A DNA stretch of 64,000 nt. It comes from Pseudomonadota bacterium. Lineage in GTDB: Bacteria > Pseudomonadota > Gammaproteobacteria > Burkholderiales > REEB80. The translations under genes were made by a program, and so were the position numbers. The notes beneath the pieces are model-generated. The model saw only the letters and a program-made list of their open reading frames with translations. It did not search any database and had not been told where the DNA came from. The DNA is taken from the NCBI GenBank assembly GCA_018971485.1, contig JAGXAQ010000001.1, positions 131,371 to 195,370 of the forward strand, written 5' to 3'. Within the stretch, counting starts at the first letter, position 1. Each line of letters starts with the position of its first letter. Positions 1 through 10,556 of this stretch are shown here, one piece after another.

Positions 1-18
1 TCAAGCCAGATTAAGCCC

Positions 19-183
19 CTATATCTCAACCATTTCAAAGTCTTCCTTTCGAGCCCCACACTCAGGACAAGTCCAATTCAGCGGGACATCTTCCCAACGC
101 GTCCCAGGTGGAACCCCTCCATCTGGGTCTCCTTTCTCCTCATCATATATCCAGCCGCAAATTAAACACATGTAAGTTTTCAT
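19..183 (-). CDS. rubredoxin (54 aa, below ORF-track cutoff)
   Basis: Hand translation of the minus strand gives [54 protein letters not shown]. It has two CxxCG iron knuckles (CLICG, CPECG) and the aromatic core typical of rubredoxins. ATG at 183, TAG at 19-21. Confidence 0.9.
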   Translation of the reverse strand: MKTYMCLICGWIYDEEKGDPDGGVPPGTRWEDVPLNWTCPECGARKEDFEMVEI

Positions 184-282
184 GATCCCACAACGATTTC
201 AAGTTAAAATAGCAATTTTAACGTCATACCACTGGTAAATACAAAAAATACCTCTTCTCCTTGCCCCAGATAGCGAGCTTCT

Positions 283-1110
283 ATGGCCACTACACCACCC
301 ATTACACTAACTTTTGCCGGTAGCGATCCTTCTGGGGGGGCTGGGTTGCAAGCAGATTTAATGACTTTTGCCAGCATGGGCTGTCACGGGCTATCAGTCG
401 TCACAGCTATAACAGTTCAAGATACTATAGGCATTGAAAGCATATTGCCTATTGATGCTGAGTGGGTCAGTGACCAGGCAAGACAACTTCTTGAAGATAT
501 GCCAATAGCTGCATTTAAGATCGGAATGGTCGGCAGTGTTGAAAACATTGCAACTATTGCGGGTATCGTGGCAGATTATCCCGATATTCCTCTGGTTGTT
601 GATCCTGTACTCTCAAGTGGTCGTGGAGATGAAATGGGTAATGAGGACATCACTCAAGCCTTATTGGACCTGCTTATTCCTCAAGCTACCCTCATCACTC
701 CAAACAGCATCGAAGCCAGGAGGCTCACTGCAGATGAACAAGATGGAGAGCTCACCCTGCAATCCTGTGCTATCCAGCTCTTAAACACAGGATGCGAGTA
801 TGTTCTCATTACAGGGACACATGAAAATACTCCCGAAGTAACCAATATCCTCTATGGGCATAATGGAATTATCCGCCAGGACAGCTGGAAGCGACTTCCT
901 GGAAGCTATCATGGTTCCGGCTGTACACTTGCTTCGGCAATTACTGCATTGCTCGCTCATGGCGCTCCGATAGAAACTGCAATTAAAGATGCACAGGACT
1001 ACACATGGGAGAGTCTTTCAGCCGGATTTCGTCCTGGAATGGGGCAATTCCTGCCTGATCGTTTTTTCTGGGCACAAGACATAAATGATGAACCCGATGA
1101 TAAGGCATAA
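283..1110 (+). CDS. thiD: hydroxymethylpyrimidine/phosphomethylpyrimidine kinase
   Basis: 275-aa ORF with GSDPSGGAGLQADL near the N-terminus and GSGCTLASAI near the C-terminus, as in ribokinase-fold HMP-P kinases. Followed by thiE. Confidence 0.93.
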   Translation: MATTPPITLTFAGSDPSGGAGLQADLMTFASMGCHGLSVVTAITVQDTIGIESILPIDAEWVSDQARQLLEDMPIAAFKIGMVGSVENIATIAGIVADYPDIPLVVDPVLSSGRGDEMGNEDITQALLDLLIPQATLITPNSIEARRLTADEQDGELTLQSCAIQLLNTGCEYVLITGTHENTPEVTNILYGHNGIIRQDSWKRLPGSYHGSGCTLASAITALLAHGAPIETAIKDAQDYTWESLSAGFRPGMGQFLPDRFFWAQDINDEPDDKA

Positions 1111-1741
1111 TATTTCAGGCCTTTATGCTATCACCCCTGATTTAAAGGATTTTAATCTATACAAAGATACAACAAAGGCAATCTTAGACGCGGGTGTACA
1201 ACTGCTTCAATACAGAAACAAACAACCCGGGAAGCAGGAACGATTTGCACAGGCAAAATGTCTTAAAAAATGGTGCAAACAGTCTGGCGCGATATTCATC
1301 ATTAATGATGATTTAGAACTGGCCCATGCCCTGCAAGCCGATGGCATCCACTTAGGCATGGATGATGCTTCGTTATTTCAGGCGCGTAATCTGCTAGGTC
1401 CGGGGAAAATCATAGGAATTTCTTGCTACAACAGTTTAAAACGGGCTCAAAAAGCTATACTTGAAGGAGCTGATTACATTGCTTTTGGTAGCTTCTTCTC
1501 TTCTGAGACCAAACCTCACGCCCAAAGAACCTCACTTTCTCTCCTAAAAGAAGGCAGAAACAGCCTTGATGTACCGATAGTAGCAATCGGTGGTATCACA
1601 CCCCAAAATAGCCGACAGCTAATTGAAGCAGGAGCAGATGCACTAGCAGTAGTTCATGCGTTATATTCCGGCGACGATCCAGCCTACACTGTGAAAGAAT
1701 TCTCAAAGCTATTTAAACTGGAAAAACAATTAAATGACTAA
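1085..1741 (+). CDS. thiE: thiamine-phosphate synthase
   Basis: 218-aa TMP-TENI-like ORF ([20 protein letters not shown]). Overlaps the thiD stop by 26 nt. Three close ATGs (1085/1088/1097) leave the exact start uncertain. Confidence 0.88.
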   Translation: MMNPMIRHNISGLYAITPDLKDFNLYKDTTKAILDAGVQLLQYRNKQPGKQERFAQAKCLKKWCKQSGAIFIINDDLELAHALQADGIHLGMDDASLFQARNLLGPGKIIGISCYNSLKRAQKAILEGADYIAFGSFFSSETKPHAQRTSLSLLKEGRNSLDVPIVAIGGITPQNSRQLIEAGADALAVVHALYSGDDPAYTVKEFSKLFKLEKQLND

Positions 1742-3011
1742 CACGGAACTTTTTGAGCAATCATGCCAATTTATTCCAGGAGGAGTAAATTCTCCGGTAA
1801 GGGCATTTGGAAATGTAGGCGGCATACCACGCTTTATCAAAAAAGGAAATGGATGCCACCTGGTTGATGTAGAAGATAATTACTATATTGACTATGTTGG
1901 ATCATGGGGGCCCATGATTTTAGGGTATCAGGATCCGGATGTTCAATCAGCAGTTCTTCGTGCCATTGAATGTGGGTTAAGTTTTGGGGCACCTACAGAA
2001 ACTGAATTACAGCTTGCCCAGGAAATCTGTAAACTCATGCCATCTATTGAGATGGTTCGACTGGTAAGCTCAGGAACGGAAGCAACGATGAGCGCCATCC
2101 GGCTCGCCAGAGGCTATACTCAACGGAACCTCATCATTAAGTTTGAAGGGTGTTACCATGGTCACGCTGACTCCTTACTGGTTAAATCAGGTTCAGGCGC
2201 CCTGACATTTGGTCAGCCTACCTCAGCAGGTGTCCCCCCAGAGCTGGCTCGACTCACGCTAGCATTACCTTATAACGACCTGGAAACCGTCGCCTCCACC
2301 TTCAGGAAACATGGGGATAAAATCGCAGCTGTCATTGTTGAGCCAGTAGCAGGAAACATGAACCTGGTTATGCCTCATCCAGAGTTTCTAAAAACATTAA
2401 GAAACTTATGCACCACCTATGGAAGCATCCTTATTTTCGATGAAGTCATGACCGGTTTTAGGATTAGTCTGGGTGGGGCACAACAAAGGTTTGGCATTCA
2501 GGCGGATTTAACCACACTTGGCAAAATCATTGGGGGAGGTCTACCAGTTGGAGCATTTGGCGGACGCCGGGACATTATGAAAAATCTCGCACCAAACGGA
2601 CCTGTCTATCAAGCTGGAACATTGTCTGGCAATCCAGTTGCTGTAGCCGCAGGACTTGCAACTTTAAATAAACTAAAAGCGCCAGGATTTTATGACAATC
2701 TTGAGAACAAGGCTAACCGCCTGATTCAGGGCTTAAACCATGAAGCCAATAAACATGGCATTAATTTCACTTCTCAGGCCATAGGTGGAATGTTTGGTAT
2801 TTATTTCCAGCCTGATTTACCGACAAATCTGGAAGAAGTCAAAATGGCCAATCTAAACGCCTTCAAGCGATTTTTCCATGCAATGCTTTCACGAAACATC
2901 TATCTTGCACCATCTGCATTTGAAGCAGGTTTTATCAGTATTACCCATAGTGACAGGATTATTGACGAAACCATCAGGAAGGCCTCTGAAGCCTTCCTGG
3001 TTAACCAATAA
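1734..3011 (+). CDS. hemL: glutamate-1-semialdehyde 2,1-aminomutase
   Basis: 425-aa class-III aminotransferase with [10 protein letters not shown] near the N-terminus and the PLP-lysine context [17 protein letters not shown]. Overlaps thiE by 8 nt. Confidence 0.95.
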   Translation: MTNTELFEQSCQFIPGGVNSPVRAFGNVGGIPRFIKKGNGCHLVDVEDNYYIDYVGSWGPMILGYQDPDVQSAVLRAIECGLSFGAPTETELQLAQEICKLMPSIEMVRLVSSGTEATMSAIRLARGYTQRNLIIKFEGCYHGHADSLLVKSGSGALTFGQPTSAGVPPELARLTLALPYNDLETVASTFRKHGDKIAAVIVEPVAGNMNLVMPHPEFLKTLRNLCTTYGSILIFDEVMTGFRISLGGAQQRFGIQADLTTLGKIIGGGLPVGAFGGRRDIMKNLAPNGPVYQAGTLSGNPVAVAAGLATLNKLKAPGFYDNLENKANRLIQGLNHEANKHGINFTSQAIGGMFGIYFQPDLPTNLEEVKMANLNAFKRFFHAMLSRNIYLAPSAFEAGFISITHSDRIIDETIRKASEAFLVNQ

Positions 3012-3027
3012 TTACCTGATCCTTAAA

Positions 3028-4167
3028 TCATAACTTACCATAGGAATGGAGCCCGGAAAGAAACATATTTACACCAAGAAATGCAAAAGTTGTAACCATC
3101 AGTCCTCCAATTGACCACCAGGCTAAAACAGGTCCCCGAACGCCCTTAATCAGCCGCATATGCAGCCATGCCGCATAATTAAGCCATACTATCAAGGCCC
3201 ATGTCTCTTTTGGATCCCAAGACCAGTACCCTCCCCACGCCTGTGCTGCCCAAAGAGCGCCTAAAATAGTAGCAATCGTAAAAAATAAAAACCCTATGGC
3301 TATAGATTTATACATTACATCTTCCATTAAAGCTAAATCAGGCAGTCGATCTGAAAGTATCCCCTTACTTTTAAGCAAATAAGCGACTCCTACCATGGCG
3401 GACAGGGAAAAAGATCCATATCCAACAAAATTTGCGGGAACATGAATTTTCATCCAATAGGACTGAAGGGCGGGCACTAAAGGTTCAATTCCATTTGCAT
3501 GGCGATCAAAGGTATACCACAACAAAAAACCGATAGCTGCAGAGATCACAAGCAGAACAAAAGCTCCCATCTCATATGACAAATACCGATCCTCATAATA
3601 AAGATAAAACAATGCCGTCATAAATGAAAAAAGAATAAAGACTTCATATAAATTTGATAAGGGAATATGCCCGATATTAGGGCCTAAAAGATAGGATACA
3701 TACCATCTTGTGGCCATTCCTACCAAACCCATGACCACAGCACACCAAGTCAAAGTGCTAGCTAATTTCCCTGAAAATTCAGATCGGCCAAGCAAGGCCA
3801 CCCAATATATACAGGTAGCCAGGACAAAAAGGAAGCTCATCCACATGATGGCAGTCTGGCTTCCCAGAAAATACTTAAGCCAAAAAACCTGATCTGCTGA
3901 AGCAATCTGGCCATGGTACTCATGAATGGCAAACAGGCTTAAACCAGCAGTAATCACAACCATTAATCTAAAAGGCTTCCAGAACCAGCCTAAACCAATA
4001 AATCCAATCGTTGCGAACAATAAGATTCCTTTGGAGAATCCATTCATTCCTGAGCCAAATCTTTCCAGAACAAAAAAACAGGCCGCCAACCATGCAAAAG
4101 CATACCCCCAATCTCCCAGATGAAGCTTTTTTAAAGAAGAGGTCTTCAAGTTTTGTACAAGTTCCAT
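3028..4167 (-). CDS. ccsA: cytochrome c biogenesis protein CcsA (system II haem handling)
   Basis: Polytopic membrane protein with the Trp-rich WWD motif WGGYWSWDPKETWALIVW. AAGGAA RBS upstream of the ATG at 4167. Sits next to ccsB. Confidence 0.92.
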   Translation of the reverse strand: MELVQNLKTSSLKKLHLGDWGYAFAWLAACFFVLERFGSGMNGFSKGILLFATIGFIGLGWFWKPFRLMVVITAGLSLFAIHEYHGQIASADQVFWLKYFLGSQTAIMWMSFLFVLATCIYWVALLGRSEFSGKLASTLTWCAVVMGLVGMATRWYVSYLLGPNIGHIPLSNLYEVFILFSFMTALFYLYYEDRYLSYEMGAFVLLVISAAIGFLLWYTFDRHANGIEPLVPALQSYWMKIHVPANFVGYGSFSLSAMVGVAYLLKSKGILSDRLPDLALMEDVMYKSIAIGFLFFTIATILGALWAAQAWGGYWSWDPKETWALIVWLNYAAWLHMRLIKGVRGPVLAWWSIGGLMVTTFAFLGVNMFLSGLHSYGKL

Positions 4168-4280
4168 TGCATTTCCTTTCCAGCATGGAATAAACGCAAA
4201 ATTACATAAATCATTAAAACAACCAGTTAAAATTTAATCCCGATGGCTACATCCTAAGCACTTTTCCTGCGTAATCTCTA

Positions 4281-6308
4281 TCAACGACCCTTTTCAATCA
4301 AAACATCACCTAATTTGGCTGCAAGATTTTCAAATTCGGATTGAGCATCAAATGTCTGCCGTGTGGCTGACATTGAAAAAAGCACTTTTCCATCAGAGCC
4401 AGCATAAATAAACACCCGACGTTCCCGTATATAAAACATGGCAAAGATTCCAAGCACAAGACATAAAGAACCAAAATACACAAAAAACTTCCCTGGTGCG
4501 CGTGTCATCTGTAAACCCGTGGCCATGACCAATCTATAATTATCGAGTTGCAGATAAACTGGAGGGCCATATAAAAACCTATCATTCATAGCATTGAGGC
4601 TATCCTCTACAAAAGCCATCTTATCCTTGATTGTTACACCTGCAGGCAAGCTTTCATCTAGAGCCTCAAGTGCAGTTCCCTGTAATACCTTCAAATAGGT
4701 TTTAGCTGCATTTACCTGCTCATTTTTCGGCACATCTTTTGAAATAAACCCTGCAAGCGCATCGTAGCCTCCTTGACGAAACAAGGCCAGCACACTTGCA
4801 CTAATCTGTGCAAGCTTAGGTACCATCGCCTGCTGTTCCGATGTACCAGCCAATGACTTCTTCGCAAACTGTAATCCGATATGTAAAGCAGCAGAGGGAT
4901 CATCAAGATGAGCACGTAGCAACATAAACGCTTTAATACTGCCCTCATCATCCAAGGGAAACCGGATGTACTGATAGCCTGCACCTGGATTGGTCCTCAT
5001 TCCACTCAACAGATAAAGATGGCCACCGAGTTTAATCGGAAGCATATAATTCAGGTATTCATGTGCCTGCCCTTGTGCATCACGAAGTTTAAACTCAACG
5101 CTAGGCCCAACATTTTTCAGATCCTTGTTATTTGCACCCGTTAAGGATAAAGCCTGCCGCATATCCTGCATAAAACCCCCAGAAGGCGGTTTCACTCCCT
5201 GAGACAAATCCTCAACGTTAAAACTCCTAAAATTGTCAAATTCCACAGTATAAGGATGCCCTCTTATAACGATTGGATCATGTTGCTTCACAATCCCCTT
5301 TAAAGCAGCAGGTTGAACAGATGTTCCCGATAAAGGCCAAACCTGGAAGTGCAAATGACTTCCTCCGTCTCCAAAACTTGATTGATAAATGTCCACACCA
5401 TCCATATCCAAGGGATGATTGACTTCAAGACGTACTGCCTTCGACTTCCCTGTTTGTTTATCACGAACCACAAGGTCACTGGCAAACAGTCTCGGCTGGC
5501 CTGTCGAATAATACTTGATAATAAATTTTTTAACCGAAACGACAAAGGGAAGGTCCTGAACAAGATACCCCTTGCCCACATTAAGAAACACCACATCTGC
5601 AGATGAGCCTTCTGGAATGCTAACATCCCCACGAAAAGACAAATTGTTCGGCCCAAGCCGGCTAGCTTCTGGCACTTGTGATTCAGGCATATTCCGGGTC
5701 TCTATATGCTTGATACCAAAAAATTGCTGTAGTTTCAGTGGAATATTCCCATCAATCAAACCACCCAAGCAAATAATAATAATTGCCATATGAGTAAAAA
5801 TATAACCCAGCCTATTTAGGCTTCCCCGTTTGGCGGCAACAAACTGTCCTGATTTTCTACTTTGAGTACGACACTTATACCCGAAATCAGCTAATGTCAG
5901 ACAGAGCAAGCTTGATACCTGAACCGGCTCTAGTACCGTTACATACTCTCGACGAAACCTAAATTGCCTTAAAGAGGATAAGGTGGTCCGTTCCCGGAAA
6001 CTATGCATTTCCCTTAACATCGATGGTGAATGGCGAACAATGCAAAGACTCGTTGACAACACCAGGAACAGTAAGATAACCAAAAACCAAATACTATGAT
6101 AAACATCAAAAAGACCAAGCAGTCGAAATACACCAAACCAATAAGTTCCAAACTCAAATAAATAATTCGGATATGGCTCATTCTGCTTTAATACCGTCCC
6201 AATGATTGAAGCAATAGCCAAAACTACCAACAAGCTGATCGCAAAGCGCATGGAGCTTAACACTTCATGTATAGCGTTACGGATAGAGGGCGGGGAACGT
6301 GTCGTCAC
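4281..6308 (-). CDS. ccsB: cytochrome c biogenesis protein CcsB/ResB
   Basis: 675 aa with the N-terminal SMRFAISLLVVLAIASIIGTVL segment typical of the ResB family, a large soluble domain and a C-terminal TM. GTG start at 6308, with an alternative ATG at 6251. Confidence 0.88.
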   Translation of the reverse strand: MTTRSPPSIRNAIHEVLSSMRFAISLLVVLAIASIIGTVLKQNEPYPNYLFEFGTYWFGVFRLLGLFDVYHSIWFLVILLFLVLSTSLCIVRHSPSMLREMHSFRERTTLSSLRQFRFRREYVTVLEPVQVSSLLCLTLADFGYKCRTQSRKSGQFVAAKRGSLNRLGYIFTHMAIIIICLGGLIDGNIPLKLQQFFGIKHIETRNMPESQVPEASRLGPNNLSFRGDVSIPEGSSADVVFLNVGKGYLVQDLPFVVSVKKFIIKYYSTGQPRLFASDLVVRDKQTGKSKAVRLEVNHPLDMDGVDIYQSSFGDGGSHLHFQVWPLSGTSVQPAALKGIVKQHDPIVIRGHPYTVEFDNFRSFNVEDLSQGVKPPSGGFMQDMRQALSLTGANNKDLKNVGPSVEFKLRDAQGQAHEYLNYMLPIKLGGHLYLLSGMRTNPGAGYQYIRFPLDDEGSIKAFMLLRAHLDDPSAALHIGLQFAKKSLAGTSEQQAMVPKLAQISASVLALFRQGGYDALAGFISKDVPKNEQVNAAKTYLKVLQGTALEALDESLPAGVTIKDKMAFVEDSLNAMNDRFLYGPPVYLQLDNYRLVMATGLQMTRAPGKFFVYFGSLCLVLGIFAMFYIRERRVFIYAGSDGKVLFSMSATRQTFDAQSEFENLAAKLGDVLIEKGR

Positions 6309-6416
6309 AATGGCAAAGCCTAATTAAATAAAATATCCAAAACTAAAAAATCATTCAGTTTCCAGAGCTCACCATCCACCCGGCAAGGCCAACATAAAAA
6401 TCACTCAGGTTCAAAA

Positions 6417-7049
6417 TCAATGTAGCCCTGCAATGTACTGTGCAACAGCCTGCATCTGCGCATCAGACATACGTGAAGCAATATCCCGCATCATTTTATT
6501 TGGATCATTGGCTCTTTGACCCGTGCTAAACGCCTTAAGCTGGGCGTAAATATAAGCGGCATGCTGCGCACCCAGACGTGGAAATTCCCCTGGAATTCCA
6601 GCGCCAGTTGGGCCATGACAAGCCATACAGGCAGGGATCCCAGAATCTTTATCTCCTGCACGATAGATTGACTTGCCAAAAGATACAAGTCTATGGCCAT
6701 GGCCCACTCCCGGATGAACAACTTGACTCGAAAAATAATCAGCCAAAGCGCGCATCTGTGCATCAGTTAAGGTAGCTGCCATCCCATTCATAATCGGGTT
6801 TAGGCGTTTCCCAGATTTAAAATCTATAAGCTGACGATACAAGTAGTCTGAATGCTGCCCGGCTAATTTAGGATAAATCGATACAACGCTATTCCCATCC
6901 GCACCATGACAGGCAGCACAAACCTGAGATGCAATCTGTTGTCCCTTCTGTAAAGAAGCACCCCCTGTCATGGGCATTGAATTGGCCCAGACTAGAATCG
7001 GCATCATTAATAAACCAGTCATTATCATTTTTATTTCAGGCCGTACCAT
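6417..7049 (-). CDS. dihaem cytochrome c4-type protein
   Basis: Signal peptide and two CxxCH motifs (CAACHG, CMACHG) in two repeated halves. GGAG RBS 8 nt upstream of the ATG at 7049. Confidence 0.9.
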   Translation of the reverse strand: MVRPEIKMIMTGLLMMPILVWANSMPMTGGASLQKGQQIASQVCAACHGADGNSVVSIYPKLAGQHSDYLYRQLIDFKSGKRLNPIMNGMAATLTDAQMRALADYFSSQVVHPGVGHGHRLVSFGKSIYRAGDKDSGIPACMACHGPTGAGIPGEFPRLGAQHAAYIYAQLKAFSTGQRANDPNKMMRDIASRMSDAQMQAVAQYIAGLH

Positions 7050-7146
7050 GCATATACTCCTTAATGATTTCTTTCTCCCTAGCTAAAATGGCCCCCTTTT
7101 GCAGCCATTTTAGGATATTATGCATGCTGGCGATCTGATCTAAATC

Positions 7147-7740
7147 ATGTTAAACGGTCTTAAATTCATCACATCTATCAACGATCTTTACAGCCTACCC
7201 CAAGAAGGTCGGGCTGAAATAGCTTTCGCAGGTCGCTCTAATGCTGGAAAATCAAGCGCCATCAATACACTTGCAAACCATAATCGCCTAGCTTTTGTAA
7301 GTAAAACGCCAGGGCGAACACAACTAATCAACTATTTCTCGCTTGGCGCACATTATATTGTGGACCTACCAGGCTATGGATACGCAAAAGTTCCAGAAAA
7401 ACTGCGTCTGCACTGGCAAAGCATCATTGCATCATATCTGCAAAACCGCTCTGTCCTAAAAGGACTGATTCTTATCATGGACGCAAGGCACCCCCTTACC
7501 TTACTTGATCAACAGATGCTAGACTGGTTTGCTCCAACAGGCAAACCAGTACACATTCTACTGAGTAAGGCAGATAAACTCTCAAGAAATCAGGCTACAT
7601 TTACGTTAAACAAGATCAAGACTGATCTGAGCGTATCTTTCCCATTGATTACCGTCCAACTTTTCTCTAGCCTGAAGAGGCAAGGGATTGAAGAAGCCTG
7701 TAAAACCATTCAATCCTGGCTAGAAAATTCAGTTCTATAA
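7147..7740 (+). CDS. engB: ribosome biogenesis GTP-binding protein YihA/YsxC
   Basis: G1 motif GRSNAGKSS, G3 motif DLPGYG, G4 motif SKADK. 197 aa. Confidence 0.92.
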   Translation: MLNGLKFITSINDLYSLPQEGRAEIAFAGRSNAGKSSAINTLANHNRLAFVSKTPGRTQLINYFSLGAHYIVDLPGYGYAKVPEKLRLHWQSIIASYLQNRSVLKGLILIMDARHPLTLLDQQMLDWFAPTGKPVHILLSKADKLSRNQATFTLNKIKTDLSVSFPLITVQLFSSLKRQGIEEACKTIQSWLENSVL

Positions 7741-7864
7741 CATCTCATTCGAATTTAAATTTAAATACGCAGGGTAACAACACCCGGACAATACTCGTCA
7801 ATAATAATCTTTACAGACCAGCCACTTTAATTTTAAAAAAACAAAGCTCCAGACACTTTACGTC

Positions 7865-7907
7865 ACAATAAAAAACCCCCGGGTTAAAGGGGAGGAAAAC
7901 CCGGGGG
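7865..7907 (-). terminator. intrinsic terminator oriented on the minus strand, with no annotated gene upstream of it
   Basis: 9-bp GC-rich stem (7876-7884 CCCCCGGGT pairing with 7899-7907 ACCCGGGGG) and a 14-nt loop. On the minus strand it is followed by a U6 run (plus-strand A6 at 7870-7875). On the plus strand no T-run follows the stem. Confidence 0.6.
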
Positions 7908-8031
7908 ATACAACACCTTAACTGGTGTTAAGGCCTCGCTCAGGGAGTGAAGCGAGAGATGACTTTTTGTCATCTGCTAGATATGACAAGCTCAAAATGA
8001 TAAAGTTCCCCATTATCAAGATTTAGGATAA

Positions 8032-9788
<1,757 letters not shown>

Positions 9789-9916
9789 CAGTTAGTAACC
9801 ACATACAAGCTTCTACCAGAGTCTCGTTGTAAAATCCCCTCAAGCAGGGCTCACCACTTTAACATAAGTTAGCCCGGCAGGGCGGATAAAATCAGGTTCG
9901 CAAACAATGTTCCGCT

Positions 9917-10537
9917 TTATTCTAAATGCGATTCAATTACTCCAAGAAGAGCAGCAAGCTCTACCCGATTAGCACGTTCAATGACAGTCCCATCTGAACG
10001 CACCCTGGGTAAATTCCGTTGATCATTGATCCCATAAACACTTAACTCAATCGTTACATCTTCAGAATAAAGCTCATAAACTGGAATACTGGTCATGTGT
10101 TCGCGCAATATAACCTTTTTCTCCTTCATGAAATAAGGTCGATTTTCGTTTAGAAAAAAAATCTCCACGTCCTTGGGGCTATCAGCAAACATTTCCAGGT
10201 TAATTGATGTATGACGAGAGGCAAATCCAGAAAGAACCAGTCCGACAAGTTGTGGATTGAAAACAGAAAGCCAGCTCATCATATCAAGTGCAATAGTCCG
10301 TAAGTATTTTAAATGTGCCGCATGTTCTTGAGACTGGTAAAGACCGTAATAAATTCGAAGTGCCTCCTCAACCTCACTATTATTAGGCAAGGATCTTTCA
10401 GGTGCACCAATCATCTTTGCTGCCTTACGTTTTGCTACGGAAAAGTCACCTATTCCGTCTTCCGCAATCAGGCGGGCAGCACAAACTGCGATTTCTTCTC
10501 TTACTCGCTGACGATTTAAAATATCAGGTCTTGTCAT
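9917..10537 (-). CDS. conserved hypothetical protein (function unknown)
   Basis: The ORF-track start at 10654 would overlap mrcA by about 100 nt. The ATG at 10537 (MTRPDILNRQRV...) lies 19 nt after the mrcA stop. I recognise no catalytic motif. Confidence 0.6.
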   Translation of the reverse strand: MTRPDILNRQRVREEIAVCAARLIAEDGIGDFSVAKRKAAKMIGAPERSLPNNSEVEEALRIYYGLYQSQEHAAHLKYLRTIALDMMSWLSVFNPQLVGLVLSGFASRHTSINLEMFADSPKDVEIFFLNENRPYFMKEKKVILREHMTSIPVYELYSEDVTIELSVYGINDQRNLPRVRSDGTVIERANRVELAALLGVIESHLE

Positions 10538-10556
10538 GACTATATTAATTAAACAA

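Noticed and set aside
184-282. Possible TPP riboswitch upstream of thiD.
   Set aside because: I could not find the conserved CUGAGA and ACCUGAUCUGGAUAAUGCCAGCG-like core on either strand, and the spacer is only 99 nt.
7918-8013. 31-aa minus-strand ORF (MGNFIILSLSYLADDKKSSLASLPERGLNTS) ending just before the orphan terminator; possible small toxin or membrane peptide.
   Set aside because: It has no Shine-Dalgarno sequence. Its ATG overlaps the only plausible -10 element, so it would lie upstream of the predicted transcription start. I kept it only as a note within the sRNA finding.
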